Assembly (NCBI GenBank): GCA_030141605.1
Contig: JAQGDQ010000168.1
Span: forward strand, 388,805-452,804
Length of the DNA: 64,000 bases
Reading direction: 5' to 3'
Origin: Tubiluchus corallicola
Lineage: Eukaryota; Animalia; Priapulida
A program made the translations under genes and the position numbers. This document shows, in pieces, positions 25,801 through 38,014 of this stretch. A model generated the notes under the pieces. That model did not search any database and was not told where the DNA came from. It worked only from the letters and a program-made list of their open reading frames with translations. Position 1 is the stretch's first letter. Each line of letters starts with the position of its first letter.

Positions 25801-28272
25801 AATTTTCAGCAAGGACAACCATCGTGTTTGAGCGTTTGTGAAATGGAAGATTAAATTTAAATATGACTTCCAAAAGTTTGTGTCATCATAAAGGTAGCCT
25901 ACATAGCCTGGTTATGTTTCCAAAATCAGCACATTTTTCCAATATCCCAGCCTCCAAACAGTGCACAGGGCCTGTAGTAAGAGATCGTTCATGCAGACAG
26001 GAACTGAGTTGCGTGATCTTAAACGCATTCCGAAAGAAAGTCTCCATTAGCTTATTAGAATTAACGACAATCGAGTTTTCTCAAAAATAAAAAAAATAAA
26101 ATGTGTGTAGAAGCTTTATACGGATGATCACTACTAACATGATCGAAGACCGTTGGTGCATTCTGAGCTGTATACACCATCTTGCTAAAAGATGCAATCT
26201 CCATTTACCACTGTTAATTGCAATAAAAATTGTAATTAAATTACTTACAACACACTGCTTGCAATAGTGTAAAAGTGATTGCATGACGATACACACATTT
26301 ATACCACAAACAACAAGACGCTTATACTTTATCTGTTCAAGTTGCTAAAAATACTAATGATGACTTAAGAAAATAAAAATCAGATCAAATTTGGTAAAAG
26401 GTTTCTACGTTTCTAAACTACGAGACCCAATAGTTGCTTGTCAAATGCAAGCTAAGTGAATAAGCTGTATTAGTAAAATTGAAAGTGCCTAAAGTTATGA
26501 GTTCTAATCAAATCTAAATTTGGTTTTGATCGTTTAATTTTTTTCGAATTGTTTTTGTTCTAACACAATTCTGATTCTGTAAGGCTGATTTTCGCAAAGG
26601 AACACAAAACTTTTGATCCATTTTTAACATTCCTTCAGTTAAAATTCTAGTGTTCTTTAAAAGAGTATTATACTACAATAAGACTCGGCTAGGATATTAG
26701 TTAGAAGGTAATATGTCTGGTATGAGGACAGTTACATTAACACTACCCTCTAAATAAGCAAATTTGGCTGCTAAATAGCCTTTGCGGGCTTTGAGATAGC
26801 CGACTGTGTAAAATACCGCCACTCCCTAACGTAAACTGCTACTTCAATGTGCGTATACTTACAATTAAGGTTCAAACAAATCTGGAACGTGGATATCCGG
26901 CCGATCCGGATTCTGAGCAGTTCCGGTAAAAATCGGGCGCATTCGGCTATTTGTGTAACAAGTGGAAATTTCCGCCACATCAGAGAGCGGTCCTGAGAAA
27001 AGTTACAGCAACGCCCGCTTCAATATCAGCTTTATTATTAATACTAAAAAATTAAAAAGCAATGCAAGTTATAACCTTGCCATGTCATGTAACATGTATA
27101 TATCCTTTTTCTAAAATAACGTAGCTGCAGGTAAATAAATCCTATAAAGCTGTTTTATGTGTTTCGCTAAAACGGATTTTTGTCTCAGCTGCGAGCAGTT
27201 TAAGATTGAAAGTGAACAAACTGCAGGTAACAAAACTCTTGATGCTTATTAGACTACTTCCTGCCTACAAGCTTTTCACTGTGTGCGTCGAGATGATTTA
27301 TCATTATTTTCCCCGCGGGTGATGCAGCAAGTTTTATTAGTCGTCTGACACAGAGTAGCATAGTAATTCATAAGTTTTCTTCCCTAGCAACAGAACGGGT
27401 GCTGTCTTTGTGTCTATTTGGAGACAGATATAACGTGACAACCTAATAACACAAATTAATTCTTGATAATAGAGGCATTGAATTAAGAAAGCCCACATTA
27501 AAAAAAGCACGGAAAAATATAGAGAAAAGACACCACGTTTCAAGCAACCAGTATGGTTTCTCTTCATGTGAGAGAAAAAGGACAAAAAATTCTATGGAAT
27601 TACTAATATTAACTTTTGGGGAGTTCTGTTCGTATTATTAATATAAAAAGTTGTAACACTAAAGAGGATACAATCCCGGTAAAAAGCAGAACACTGAAAA
27701 CAAAAAACACAAGCGACAAACACAGAAGTGTGAAACATTGGCTACAGTTACAAAACAGAATGAGACAGATTCGAAACAAATTAATTAGTAATTCAATAAG
27801 ATTTTTTATTCATTTTCTTCGATCTGAAAAACTGTATATACTTTGGTCATTTTGTGACTACAGCGCTGCAAGTCAAGCAACCGTTACGGCGACGATAACA
27901 GTAACAGTAATATCGATGATCAGACGTACAATAGTGAAAATCATAATCTGCTAATTTGAATACGAGTAGTAAGCTGACTAAAATGGGTGTGTTTAGAATG
28001 TCGTGTGGTTGTGATTGATTGACGGCTTTTAGAGAAAAACACGAGCAACTGTTTATGAGCAACATCACTATGACTTCGCTCCATCATAATTACTCGCTTG
28101 AAGAATCTGTGTCGTGCATATTACTCGACTCTTCCTCCTACACTTTAGTCAACATTATAACATGTGTTGGGAGAAAACTGGCTTCATGACACGCTCGACG
28201 TGACTGCAGCAATGAATCACTAAAATTCCAAGAAATCACCTCAGTATTTCCCCCAAGACGTTTATTCTTTAA

Positions 28273-28933
28273 AGCACAAGAAAACCCTATATAAGCATAA
28301 AGCTTAAAAAATTCAGCTTGAAATTTTATATCACTTACGTACTGCCTTTCGCTTTTTAGGACTTCAATCGGCAGTAACGCTGTATAAAACAAGTAAATTT
28401 GAATTCTCGCGATGATCGCTAGACGCGGCCATTTTGACGACAGGTTTGAAACAAGTTTAGATAACATTGTGTAAACTTTGAAAAAATAATCAGAGCATTC
28501 GTAGCACACATGCTACTAACTAAGTAAAATTTTAAATTACTGTATCTTGTCAATAAGATTAAAAATACGTTTTCGGTTAGTGAGTGGGGCACCCTGAAGT
28601 TTGCGTCAGCGACATTTTACCAATTGGTGAAAACATTTTAAATACTTAAAAATTTTCTTTCCTAGTTACCAGAAGGTAAGCGAAAAGTAATATAGATTTG
28701 CAAGGAAAGTTTTTTGGGACATAATTTAACATTGCCTTTTCTTCCCCTGATTTACGTTTGCGTAGTGACGTCATGTAATGGCGACTTCGGAAGTATTGCG
28801 GGAGATTTAAAATGAAGACAAACAAAAATTCCTTTCAATGTGAGTAAGATATATGCATAAAATTGCTATAAAGTAATATAATTTTTAAGGTGATTTTTCT
28901 GATACCAACTCCATGTACGCCTTTTCTTGTCCT
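28273..28933. mobile_element. Complete non-autonomous Kolobok-like DNA transposon (661 bp)
   Basis: TTAA at 28269-28272 and 28934-28937; TIRs AGCACAAGAAAA / TTTTCTTGTCCT (11/12); AG...CT termini; other copies at 1675-2190 and ~61500-61600. Confidence 0.8.
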
Positions 28934-29944
28934 TTAAATAGGTTTGTTAGAAAATAGCTAAATCAAGCAAAATATTTCTTTTCATTATTTGGAACTCTGA
29001 CTTACTGTAATCAAGGCTGTATCTCTAACAATAACAGTTTAAAGCAAAATCACAAGACTGTACTGCCGTATTTCTTGTAAAGCTATCGCAAAAAACGTAG
29101 CAATAAAGACTGAGTATTTTTTCCTACAAAAGCAACAGAATCAAAACACCACCAATGATGACTGTCACCTCTTACACTTAGTAAAATAATTTTTGATGGA
29201 ATTTTGTGACCTTCCTTTTACTTTTCTGCGAGAATTTTTTATTTTCATTAGACAAAATGTAGAATTTTGTTGAGTTGAGTAAATTTTGTAATTTATATAA
29301 CCATTCTGCACAAAGTGAACATTGCGCGGATTGTTTAATTCTTTGGCGTTGGGAAAATCGTATTGTATCAGGCAGCAACATTAAGTCTGCTTAACTTCTC
29401 TTAATTTCGTTGCAGTGATACCAAAGAGCATAATCACTGGACAAACAACAGCAACCTTATAAGCTAAGTTTCTATTTCTTACACTTGTGTGTTGCAAAAA
29501 GAACCTACAAATGTTACGAACCGTTCTTTTACTTATCGTTCCTAGTAATTTTACACCAAGCAACAGCTGCCGGTATTCTTTTCTTTTTGCTGCAGGAATT
29601 CATCAGTTGTGCGTGCTTTATTTTTTTAGTTCATGTTTATTCAAAAATCAGTACTCGACTATGTGGTATGTGCGTGGTACCTGTCAAACGTGCCCATATG
29701 CAGCGTCGGTCAAGTTGCCAGGATTAGGAACAGCTCCTTAGGAGCTCAACAGGAGTAAGTTTCCAAGACTATCTTGAGACCAGGCCATCGCTGTTGGTCC
29801 ACTAAACTCCTTTCAGAGCGCCTCATTCTTGTAATCAAGTTTGAAAACTATTCCATTACTGAATCAAGTAACATTCTGGATAACAAATTGTTCAGATCGG
29901 ACTAAAATAAAAAAATTAAACATAAATAAAGCAGTCTTCTTTAC

Positions 29945-30290
29945 TCTTATTGCAAAATTACCGTGCAGCAATGTTTCCAATCTTCTTTATGCTTATTGCA
30001 AAATTACCGTGCAGAAATGTTTCCAATCTTCGTTACTGTTATTGGAAAATTACCGTGTAGTGACTATTTCCAGTCTTAGAGACATAGACATAGACATTTG
30101 TATTTACTTCTTCTTTTACTTTTATTGTAAAATTACAGTGTAACAATGTTTCCAATCTTCTTTTAATTTTATTATGAAGTTGCTGCTGACAATGCTTCCA
30201 AGGTGTTTTGCTTTGAAGTTTTACATTTATTGCAGAATTACAATGCAGAAACGTTCCCACTTTTGCTTTTATTGCAAATTTGTTATGCAC
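29945..30290. repeat. Degenerate ~44-bp tandem repeat
   Basis: Units ttattgcaaaattaccgtgcagcaatgtttccaatcttc... Confidence 0.75.
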
Positions 30291-30859
30291 CGATGCTTTA
30301 CAACTTCTTTTATCACAATTGTAAATCAGTAAGTACGATGTAACAATGTTTCATTACAAAGGTAATGGCAGTTCTTCTCTCGTAAATTAGTTAGAAAATT
30401 GATACAATGCACTTAGCCAAATTAGCAGATCTTATTACAAACTTATACTAGCTTGAAACAAAAGAGGACAGAGCAAAAGATCTGCATACTCGATTATTCT
30501 TTATTAAATCTAATATTTTTACATTATTTTTGTGACAATTACTCGTGAGACTCTATGGTTTTCTTACCTACTTATCTTGTCTTTAAAGACCTGTAAAATT
30601 ACGTGGATCTTGCACTTTGGGAGCCACTTGCATAGATAATCGTTTACTAAGGTTAAATACACATGTCGTGTTTCTGTTTACTCTTACTGCAAGCCAACCT
30701 AATACTACTACTGCAAAATCACGAATTTAGGTCTACAAAGCTTTGCTCTGAATTTTAAAATAATAGCCCTCTACAGTTTCCCTTTGCATTAATAATAGGT
30801 TATTTTTAAACAACTCATAATATGTTTTTCAATAATATAATTGGAAACGATACCCAAGA

Positions 30860-30964
30860 TCGCTGTCGTTATCATTGGTTTGTTATTGTTGTGTTAATAT
30901 ATTCTTGTTGTTGATGTCATCATCACCGTTGTTTTTGTTGCTGTTATAATGATTATAATGACGG

Positions 30965-31042
<78 letters not shown>

Positions 31043-31100
31043 GATGATGGTGATGGTGGTGCTGGCGACGACGACGACGTCAATGACGGCGATAATGATG
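30860..31100. repeat. (GAT)n microsatellite with degenerate trinucleotide flanks
   Basis: Pure (GAT)n ~30966-31041. Confidence 0.95.
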
Positions 31101-31379
31101 CCTACGCCGCCGTAGGCCTCGTAAATGTGTTAGAAAGACCCAGTGTTTTAGTCACTGTTTTTATATTTAGGTAGCCTTAGCCGTACAATCGGGCTAAGCA
31201 TGGATTTTTATCTAGTAAGTAAGTAGTTGGTAACATCTTTATTTGTTATAATAATATCGAAATCACAACAAAATATTAAGATACTCAGCCAGTGAAAGTT
31301 AGAGCATACATTGTTGGATGCAAATGCGTTAGTGCAAAAACTAAACTACAGGTGCAAAAATTAAATATAACTTTAAACT

Positions 31380-31720
31380 TGAACTTTACATATTTTACAT
31401 ATTTACAAACTGATCATCAACAGAATTAAGTCGTTTAATATGGCCTAGGCTTAATGAATTCTGCATTAGTGTATAAGTCGCCATGTTGGTAAGTTGGATG
31501 TTCGAATCTTGACATTATTAAAGTTTTTAATTTGGTTTGTGATTTAATACGTTAGATTTTGAATGGCAATGAATTCCAGAGCTGGACATCGTTTTTAGCT
31601 GGCAAATTTCTAAAGGGTGGATACGCATGCATCTTAACGTAAATTACACTTCCAATTAAACACACTAACATATGTATCACACGTTATTAGTTTTACTGTC
31701 ATAGTCTCGTCAGCACATCA
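31380..31720 (-). mobile_element. LINE (L2/CR1-like) 3' remnant
   Basis: Minus-strand VQLWNSLPF (~31560-31590) and CADET (~31700-31716). Confidence 0.4.
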
Positions 31721-33167
31721 CACTGGCCGATAATAAGCATTACATCAAAAAAATGTTAACTGATACAAACTGAATTATGCATGGACAGAGATTAACCTAT
31801 TAGCAACACTGTTCGTCTCGCCATATGCATCATAGTAATATAGTGGTGACTACAGACCTCTGCCGATCTAATTTTAGAGGATTGCCCTTGCTAATGGAGA
31901 TTGCCATCAGTTATGCCCTGCCCCTTGAATGCTGGATTAGATACTTACAGAATGCCAAATTGTTGGCTATAAGGTAGCTATAAGTATATATGCAGTGTAA
32001 ATTCTTATTTTTGTTGGACAAGAGCCAAGAAAGTTCATCAGTCTGCACAAAGTATTTGCATAAAAAGCATTCGTCCTTATTTAATATTTGCTTAGTATAA
32101 AGTATACAAACTCATTCTCACCAAAGCTATCTTAATTCCTAAGTGTATACTAATCTGTTCTTTTATCTATGAACAAAGCACTTCAGGTGAGATTGTTGTG
32201 TAATGGTGCTTCTATGACAAAGGAAGGCCGCAGCATATTTTGCAGTTTATTAGTAATGATTAATACAAAATCGTTACTTAAATAAGCCAATTTAACAATC
32301 ATTGAGTACCATTTTTTATTAGTATTTAATTCTTTTGAAATTTTCTCCTCGAATAGGTATAAATATTTTTTATATAACTAATGTCTGAGTGCAACACAGT
32401 AAGCATAGTTTCATAGCTGAATACGCGTCGTGTTAAAAGACGCCTAACGGAGGAAACATTTGGCAAAAATTAACATCTAAACGGACATTTTAATTTAAAG
32501 AAGTTACTTTTATTGTGTAAAGAAACAATAATTGTAAACGTGGATAGCGGAAACACTTTAGAAGATTATTGACATGAAGAAAATAGACCAAGCCTGAGCG
32601 TAGAAAAGCAAATTAACATTCGTATTACAGGAAAGTTTCGCCATCTGTTGGCGATTTCTTTTACTACACACACAAGTTTTGCCATCAGTTGGCCTGAACT
32701 TTGAATTACTGACGATCTGGTGTTAATGGTAGGTTAAATGTTAAACGGTCCTAATGGTAGAACACTGCTGTCTTCTGTTTTAGCTTTGGTGTGGATTACA
32801 TACGTTTTTTATAGCTTCTTGGGTTATAGATCTTAAAATTGTGTGTCTTTCTTTGTAGTGTTATTTTGACTGAAATGAAACGTAAAAAATAACATCGAGT
32901 ATCATTTTAACTTTCAGCATGCTCAGAAAGTATGCTGCTTAGAAAAAAGGAGTATTAAAACTAGAATCTAGTAATAAAACTTACGAAACTTTAAAATTCG
33001 TACAAATAAAATGTTACAAAAGATTACTCTATTTGTTACCCTGGTACTGTTATAAGGCGGCCAAACTAAACGTTGATGGCGCTACAGTTAATTGTAACGA
33101 TAATCTAATGGTGTCAATCAGTCATTGAACTCTAGTGCACTTACATGGGAGTGTAAGCGTTCTCATA

Positions 33168-33172
33168 TCTCT

Positions 33173-33203
<31 letters not shown>

Positions 33204-33234
33204 GCTCTCTCTCTCCTCTCTCTCTCGCTCTCTC
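33168..33234. repeat. (CT)n microsatellite
   Basis: Direct inspection. Confidence 0.9.
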
Positions 33235-33787
33235 CAATTTTAATTACAATTTATGACAATATTTTGCCCTTTAAATACACTGTCGACTACTTCTATATGG
33301 AGTCATTTTCGATAATTCAAATGTACAATGATTATTCTTTGTGTGTAATGTGTTTTTACCGTACAGTCTGTATGTCTATGTAAATTAACTGCAGCGAAAA
33401 CTGTAGTGTATAATTTTTGTAAATGTAACTATACAGTCCTAGATGCCCATTGTTCTGAAAGCGCCAACTACTCATCTTGAATATAAAATACGTTACTTGT
33501 ATTCCTTTTGGTTATCAGTCGTGACGGCCAACAATTAAAGTTATTTGACCTACAAAACAGCTGCTTTCTGGACTGCTGTTTGGAAAGTCAACTTGTTGTG
33601 GTGAGTATGCGGTGAGCAGTGTACATTTTCTTCTGCTGTATATGTTATAAGCATGCAGTAGTTTTATTACAAACGATGGATTTTAGTACATAGTCTACGT
33701 ACTTATTCATAAGGCGTTACATTAGATTTGTTGATTTTGTTTAATAGTGTCTGTAGTAGGGCCAGATCCTATTCAATTATTAGCGAA

Positions 33788-35053
33788 ATGGAATTTGAAG
33801 GGGCGCAACGACTACAACGATTACAAAGTGAATCGTCCAACGTGTGGTCAGAATACAATGCATTGACCACGAAATACCAAGCGGTCAATCTGGGGTCAGG
33901 TTCACCTGATATATTTCCTGACATAAGCATTGTGAATGCCTTGATAGATTCTGCACTTGACGTTACCAATACCGGACTTCATCAGTACACGCGAGCGAAC
34001 GGGCATCCTCGTCTTGTTAAAGCAGTGGCAAAGCTGTATTCAAAATTACTTGGACGCCAGCTGGACCCAATGATTAATGTGGTCATTACCGTTGGCGCTT
34101 TCCATTCCTTGTACTGTTGTTTTCAAGCTCTGGTTAATCCCGGAGATGAAGTCATTGTCATCGAACCATTTTTCGATCCATTTCTGCGGCTGATACGGTC
34201 AGCAGGTGGGGTTCCAGTTTTCGTCTCTCTTCGCCCTACCACCAACGACGCAATAATGACCAGTGACGACTGGAAACTGGACGAAGATCAAATAGAGAGC
34301 AAATTCAGTGTAAAGACGAAAGTGCTGGTACTCAACACGCCAAATAATCCATTGGGGAAAGTGTACACCAGAGAAGAACTGGAAATCATTGCGAGACTTG
34401 TGAAAAAGTACAATGTCTTTGTGGTTTCAGACGAAGTCTACGAGTGGCTTACGTTTACAGACAGCGTTGCCGAGCACATACGAATAGCAGCCCTACCTGG
34501 CATGTGGGAGAGAACCATTTCCATCAGCAGTTCAGGGAAAACTTTTCATGTGACTGGTTGGAGAACTGGGTGGTCCATAGGACCACAACACTTACTAAAG
34601 CATGTGATGATAGCACAACACATTTCCACGACTAGTTGCCCGACATTGATACAGGAGGCCGTTGCTGTATGTCTTGAACGAGAATTGGACAGAAGTGAAA
34701 AAACACAGGACAGACTGTTCTCAGCTTTTCTTCCAGAATTACAAGCTAAGAGGGACAAACTTTTCAAGAGCATAAGTGAAACGGGGATGCTTCCTGTTAT
34801 GCCGCATGGTAGTTATTTTATGATTGCCGATATCTCTAAGCTGAATGTGGTCCAAGAGGGCAACGAAGAAACGAAGGACCGCGCATTTACCAAATGGTTG
34901 ATTAAACACAAAAAACTCTCCGCTATACCACTGACAACATTCTTTTCCCCTGGAATGAAACACGTTGCAGAGAATTACATTCGCTTTTGTTTTATGAGAG
35001 AAGATGAAACACTCGATAAAGCTATAGATATCTTAAACAAACTGCGATTCTAA
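33788..35053 (+). CDS. KYAT3: Kynurenine aminotransferase / cysteine-S-conjugate beta-lyase (KYAT1/KYAT3-like), single coding exon, 421 aa
   Basis: ATG at 33788; class I PLP aminotransferase motifs HQYTRANGHPRLV, LNTPNNPLGKV, SDEVYEWL, SSGKTFHVTGWRTGW (PLP Lys), NYIRFCF; probable 5'UTR intron GTG|gtgagt at 33601 to ttaatag at 33747; KYAT1 vs KYAT3 not resolvable. Confidence 0.92.
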   Translation: MEFEGAQRLQRLQSESSNVWSEYNALTTKYQAVNLGSGSPDIFPDISIVNALIDSALDVTNTGLHQYTRANGHPRLVKAVAKLYSKLLGRQLDPMINVVITVGAFHSLYCCFQALVNPGDEVIVIEPFFDPFLRLIRSAGGVPVFVSLRPTTNDAIMTSDDWKLDEDQIESKFSVKTKVLVLNTPNNPLGKVYTREELEIIARLVKKYNVFVVSDEVYEWLTFTDSVAEHIRIAALPGMWERTISISSSGKTFHVTGWRTGWSIGPQHLLKHVMIAQHISTTSCPTLIQEAVAVCLERELDRSEKTQDRLFSAFLPELQAKRDKLFKSISETGMLPVMPHGSYFMIADISKLNVVQEGNEETKDRAFTKWLIKHKKLSAIPLTTFFSPGMKHVAENYIRFCFMREDETLDKAIDILNKLRF

Positions 35054-35967
35054 ACTGTGTATATTTTTAAGAATGAATTTAAATATACATAAAATAGCAA
35101 TGGTTGATTGTACGTATCGAGTCTTTTTATAAGACACATGTACACATTTGTAGTTTTCTACCAAAGCAGAATGGGTTTTCTCAAAAGCAAAGCATAATTT
35201 ACTTAAAATATGATTACATTATCTTTAATATTTAATGTAGGATTTATAACACCATGTACTCTGCAAACAGCCACCGTACATCCAGTCCAAATCATGCTGG
35301 CAAGAAATATTCCCATTATTATTCTTATTTATTAAATATCAGTGGATTCAAATTAAAGTTTTAATAGCCCGTATAAAAACTGAACCTAGGCCTACAACGT
35401 ACAGTGAGGACAAAAGCGCTTTTTACAGCCCCGATAACACTATTACAGCAGTACCTTTGAGCCTTTGTAAGTAGAGTCGAAATCGTATTCTATACAAAGG
35501 CATTAGTCAGTCTGATAAACGCACGAAAGCAATTCAAAATTAGAAAGTCTGAAAAATTTTGCCCCATTCTTGGGTCACGAACACAGAACTTCTGCTTTCC
35601 GGGCAGCTAATTCACTTACCGGTTCAAAGAAGAGTGAAATTAGCTTGTCCCAGACAACCTCTCACCTTCCCAGATACCTAACATATCTACTTAGCAAAGC
35701 TACAGTTTATGGCTCGAGGCCTCTACAAGATCAATGAAGTGGGACTTTCCCGCAGCGTCACAGTAAGAGACTCTGGTTACGACTATTTTCATCTTACAAG
35801 GGGCACTATAGTCTCCACTAATTACTTTGACTTATTACGAAAAACGAGTTCTTTTGAGAACGTGAGCGATTTACAGGCTTTGGTTTTCAACTTGGGGGTT
35901 TTTCATTAAAGCTTAATTGGCATTCAAAAATTAGTTCTCCTGCCATTGTAAACGCATTGTAAACGAA

Positions 35968-36832
35968 GAAAAAGATGCTGTTGTTACTGGCTCAACTAAT
36001 GGGATTGGATACAGCATTGCTCGTCGACTAGCACAAAATGTGCCGGTGTTATAATCTGTAGCCGATCAAAAGAGCACGCAAACAAATCTGTAAAAACTCT
36101 ACTAGACGAAGGGCTGCATGTCAATGGAACCGTGTACCACTCTCCCCACATTCTTATTGTTTTACAGCTTTTTTCAATGTATATTTTGATGAATGTAAAA
36201 TAAAATAATTAAATGAAATGTTTTTGAGAAGAACGATTTGAAACCATTGATTGTTCGAACGAAGGAAATATTTGGAGGCATAGACATTTTCGTCTCAAAT
36301 GTTGGAGGAATTGCGCGAGAGGTTCCGGGCACGTCCAGTCCGATAATGGAGACAACAGAGGAAGGTTGGGATACCATGTGTTAGTGGAACTGGAGTCGGG
36401 GGTTTTCATAGCTGAAGAAGATGCTGCCAACATGGAAGCTGGAGGTGGTGGCAGTATCTTTTGTCATCGCTGGTACAGCGGCATATCTTGCTTGCTGCGG
36501 TTGCGAACGCTTCCCTGGAATTCGCTTGCTGTGGGTGACGAAGTCTGCCACTCTAGGGTCGTTTCAAACGATGGAACCTCAGTGTGCTGAGAAGGGGATT
36601 CGAGTAAATGCAGTCACATCCGGGCTGGTTCGTACCACTTTGGCAGACAAAATACTACGCATTCTGCCACAATCATTTGACAGTTATGTGAATAAATGAC
36701 CAATGTCCAATGAAACGTATGGGTGAACAAGAGGAGACAGTAGGAATGATTTCGTTTCTCTGTTCGTGCGATGCTAGTTATATAACTGGACAAACTGCGA
36801 CAATATGTGGCGGCTTCTCTACTAGACCGTAA
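35968..36832 (+). pseudogene. DHRS4: DHRS4-like short-chain dehydrogenase pseudogene, apparently processed
   Basis: AVVTGSTNGIGYSIARRLAQ, 1-nt frameshift, VIICSRSKEH, FGGIDIFVSN, KGIRVNAVTSGLVRT, KRMGEQEETVGMISFLCSCDASYITGQTATICGGFSTRP*; several frameshifts and stops, catalytic YxxxK lost, ~90-bp AT-rich interruption lacking a GT donor. Confidence 0.85.
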
Positions 36833-37655
36833 CAATATTTTAATTGCCAGTGGAAGTACTGCAGAAGATGGGATCACGTAAATTATGGATATCCTTAACT
36901 CTCGCCAGTGCAATGCTGACTCTTTTCATTCAAATTCTTGGGTAGCATACCCAAATTCAGAATCTGCTGAAGGAATATAAAATGGCAACCTCACATTTCT
37001 TGTTATAGGCAGTCAAGTTTTTGTGTAAATCTGTGTAAACAAGTCTAGCAGATAAAAAATGGGTCAGCTTTTATTTCTTGATTATTGAAATGACTTGTCT
37101 TTGACTGAGTTTTAAAAAACAGTGTTGATATGAAACTATTACTCGACAAAAACAAAAGCCCCAGCGGCATTATAATTTATAAAATTAAGGAATGTTTTTT
37201 GAACTTTTCAATTGAGACGCCCTCTATTTGCAAACCTGGGGAGCCTAGAAGAAAGAAATTAGTGTTATCATAAAGTATCATTAAAGTTCGTAAATAAACT
37301 ATCGAAGTAATAATCTGCCAGTAATCAAATCAATGAGGTTTTAAGAAAAAGGATTAATGGGAAAATGTCGCGATTTTTCATATAAATAATCAAATTCCCA
37401 TTCTGCCTTCAGAGCAAATAGAAACACAAGAACCTCCATATCAGTAAACACTGGACTGCTATTATGATTCACAAGCCATGCACAGTATGAATTCCCAAAA
37501 AAGAATGCACAGGCCTTGAAAACGCTTAAACAGTACAGTTGCAGATATGGGTACTTAAATTTTAAGAACCCCAGAAACAAATTCAAAAAATTAAGCGAAA
37601 TTTTAACAAAATCGTGTACATGTGATATTTGTTCTTATATGTGCGCTAAATATAA

Positions 37656-37727
37656 TACACGTACACACGCACGCACGCACGCACACACACACAGACACAC
37701 GCACTCACACACACACAGACACACGCA

Positions 37728-37760
<33 letters not shown>
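37656..37760. repeat. (CA)n/(CACG)n compound microsatellite
   Basis: Direct inspection. Confidence 0.9.
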
Positions 37761-37762
<2 letters not shown>

Positions 37763-38014
37763 CAGTCTTTACTATTCCATAATAGTATAACACAAACCAA
37801 CTCTTGGTAACTCTGACAACCCCGACTATGTGGAATGGAGACAATCCTTGCATGTTACGAAATATTAACAATTAGATCGATCCTTTTTAGATTGCCTTAT
37901 GGAAGTTAAATGTCTGAAAAAAATACTAATAATTGTTTAAGAAATGTAGCCAATAAACTGGCTATTTAATTTTTCTAAAAATTCTATTCGGTTTTTGCAT
38001 AAGTTTCTCCCAGT

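Noticed and set aside
30883-31083. Poly-His ORF
   Set aside because: Reverse translation of the (GAT)n microsatellite; no gene context
33728-35053. Horizontal transfer explanation for the intronless aminotransferase
   Set aside because: Motifs (NVWSEY, HQYTR, PGMWERT, NYIRFCF) are animal KYAT1/3-type and a spliceosomal 5'UTR intron is likely; retroposition or intron loss is simpler
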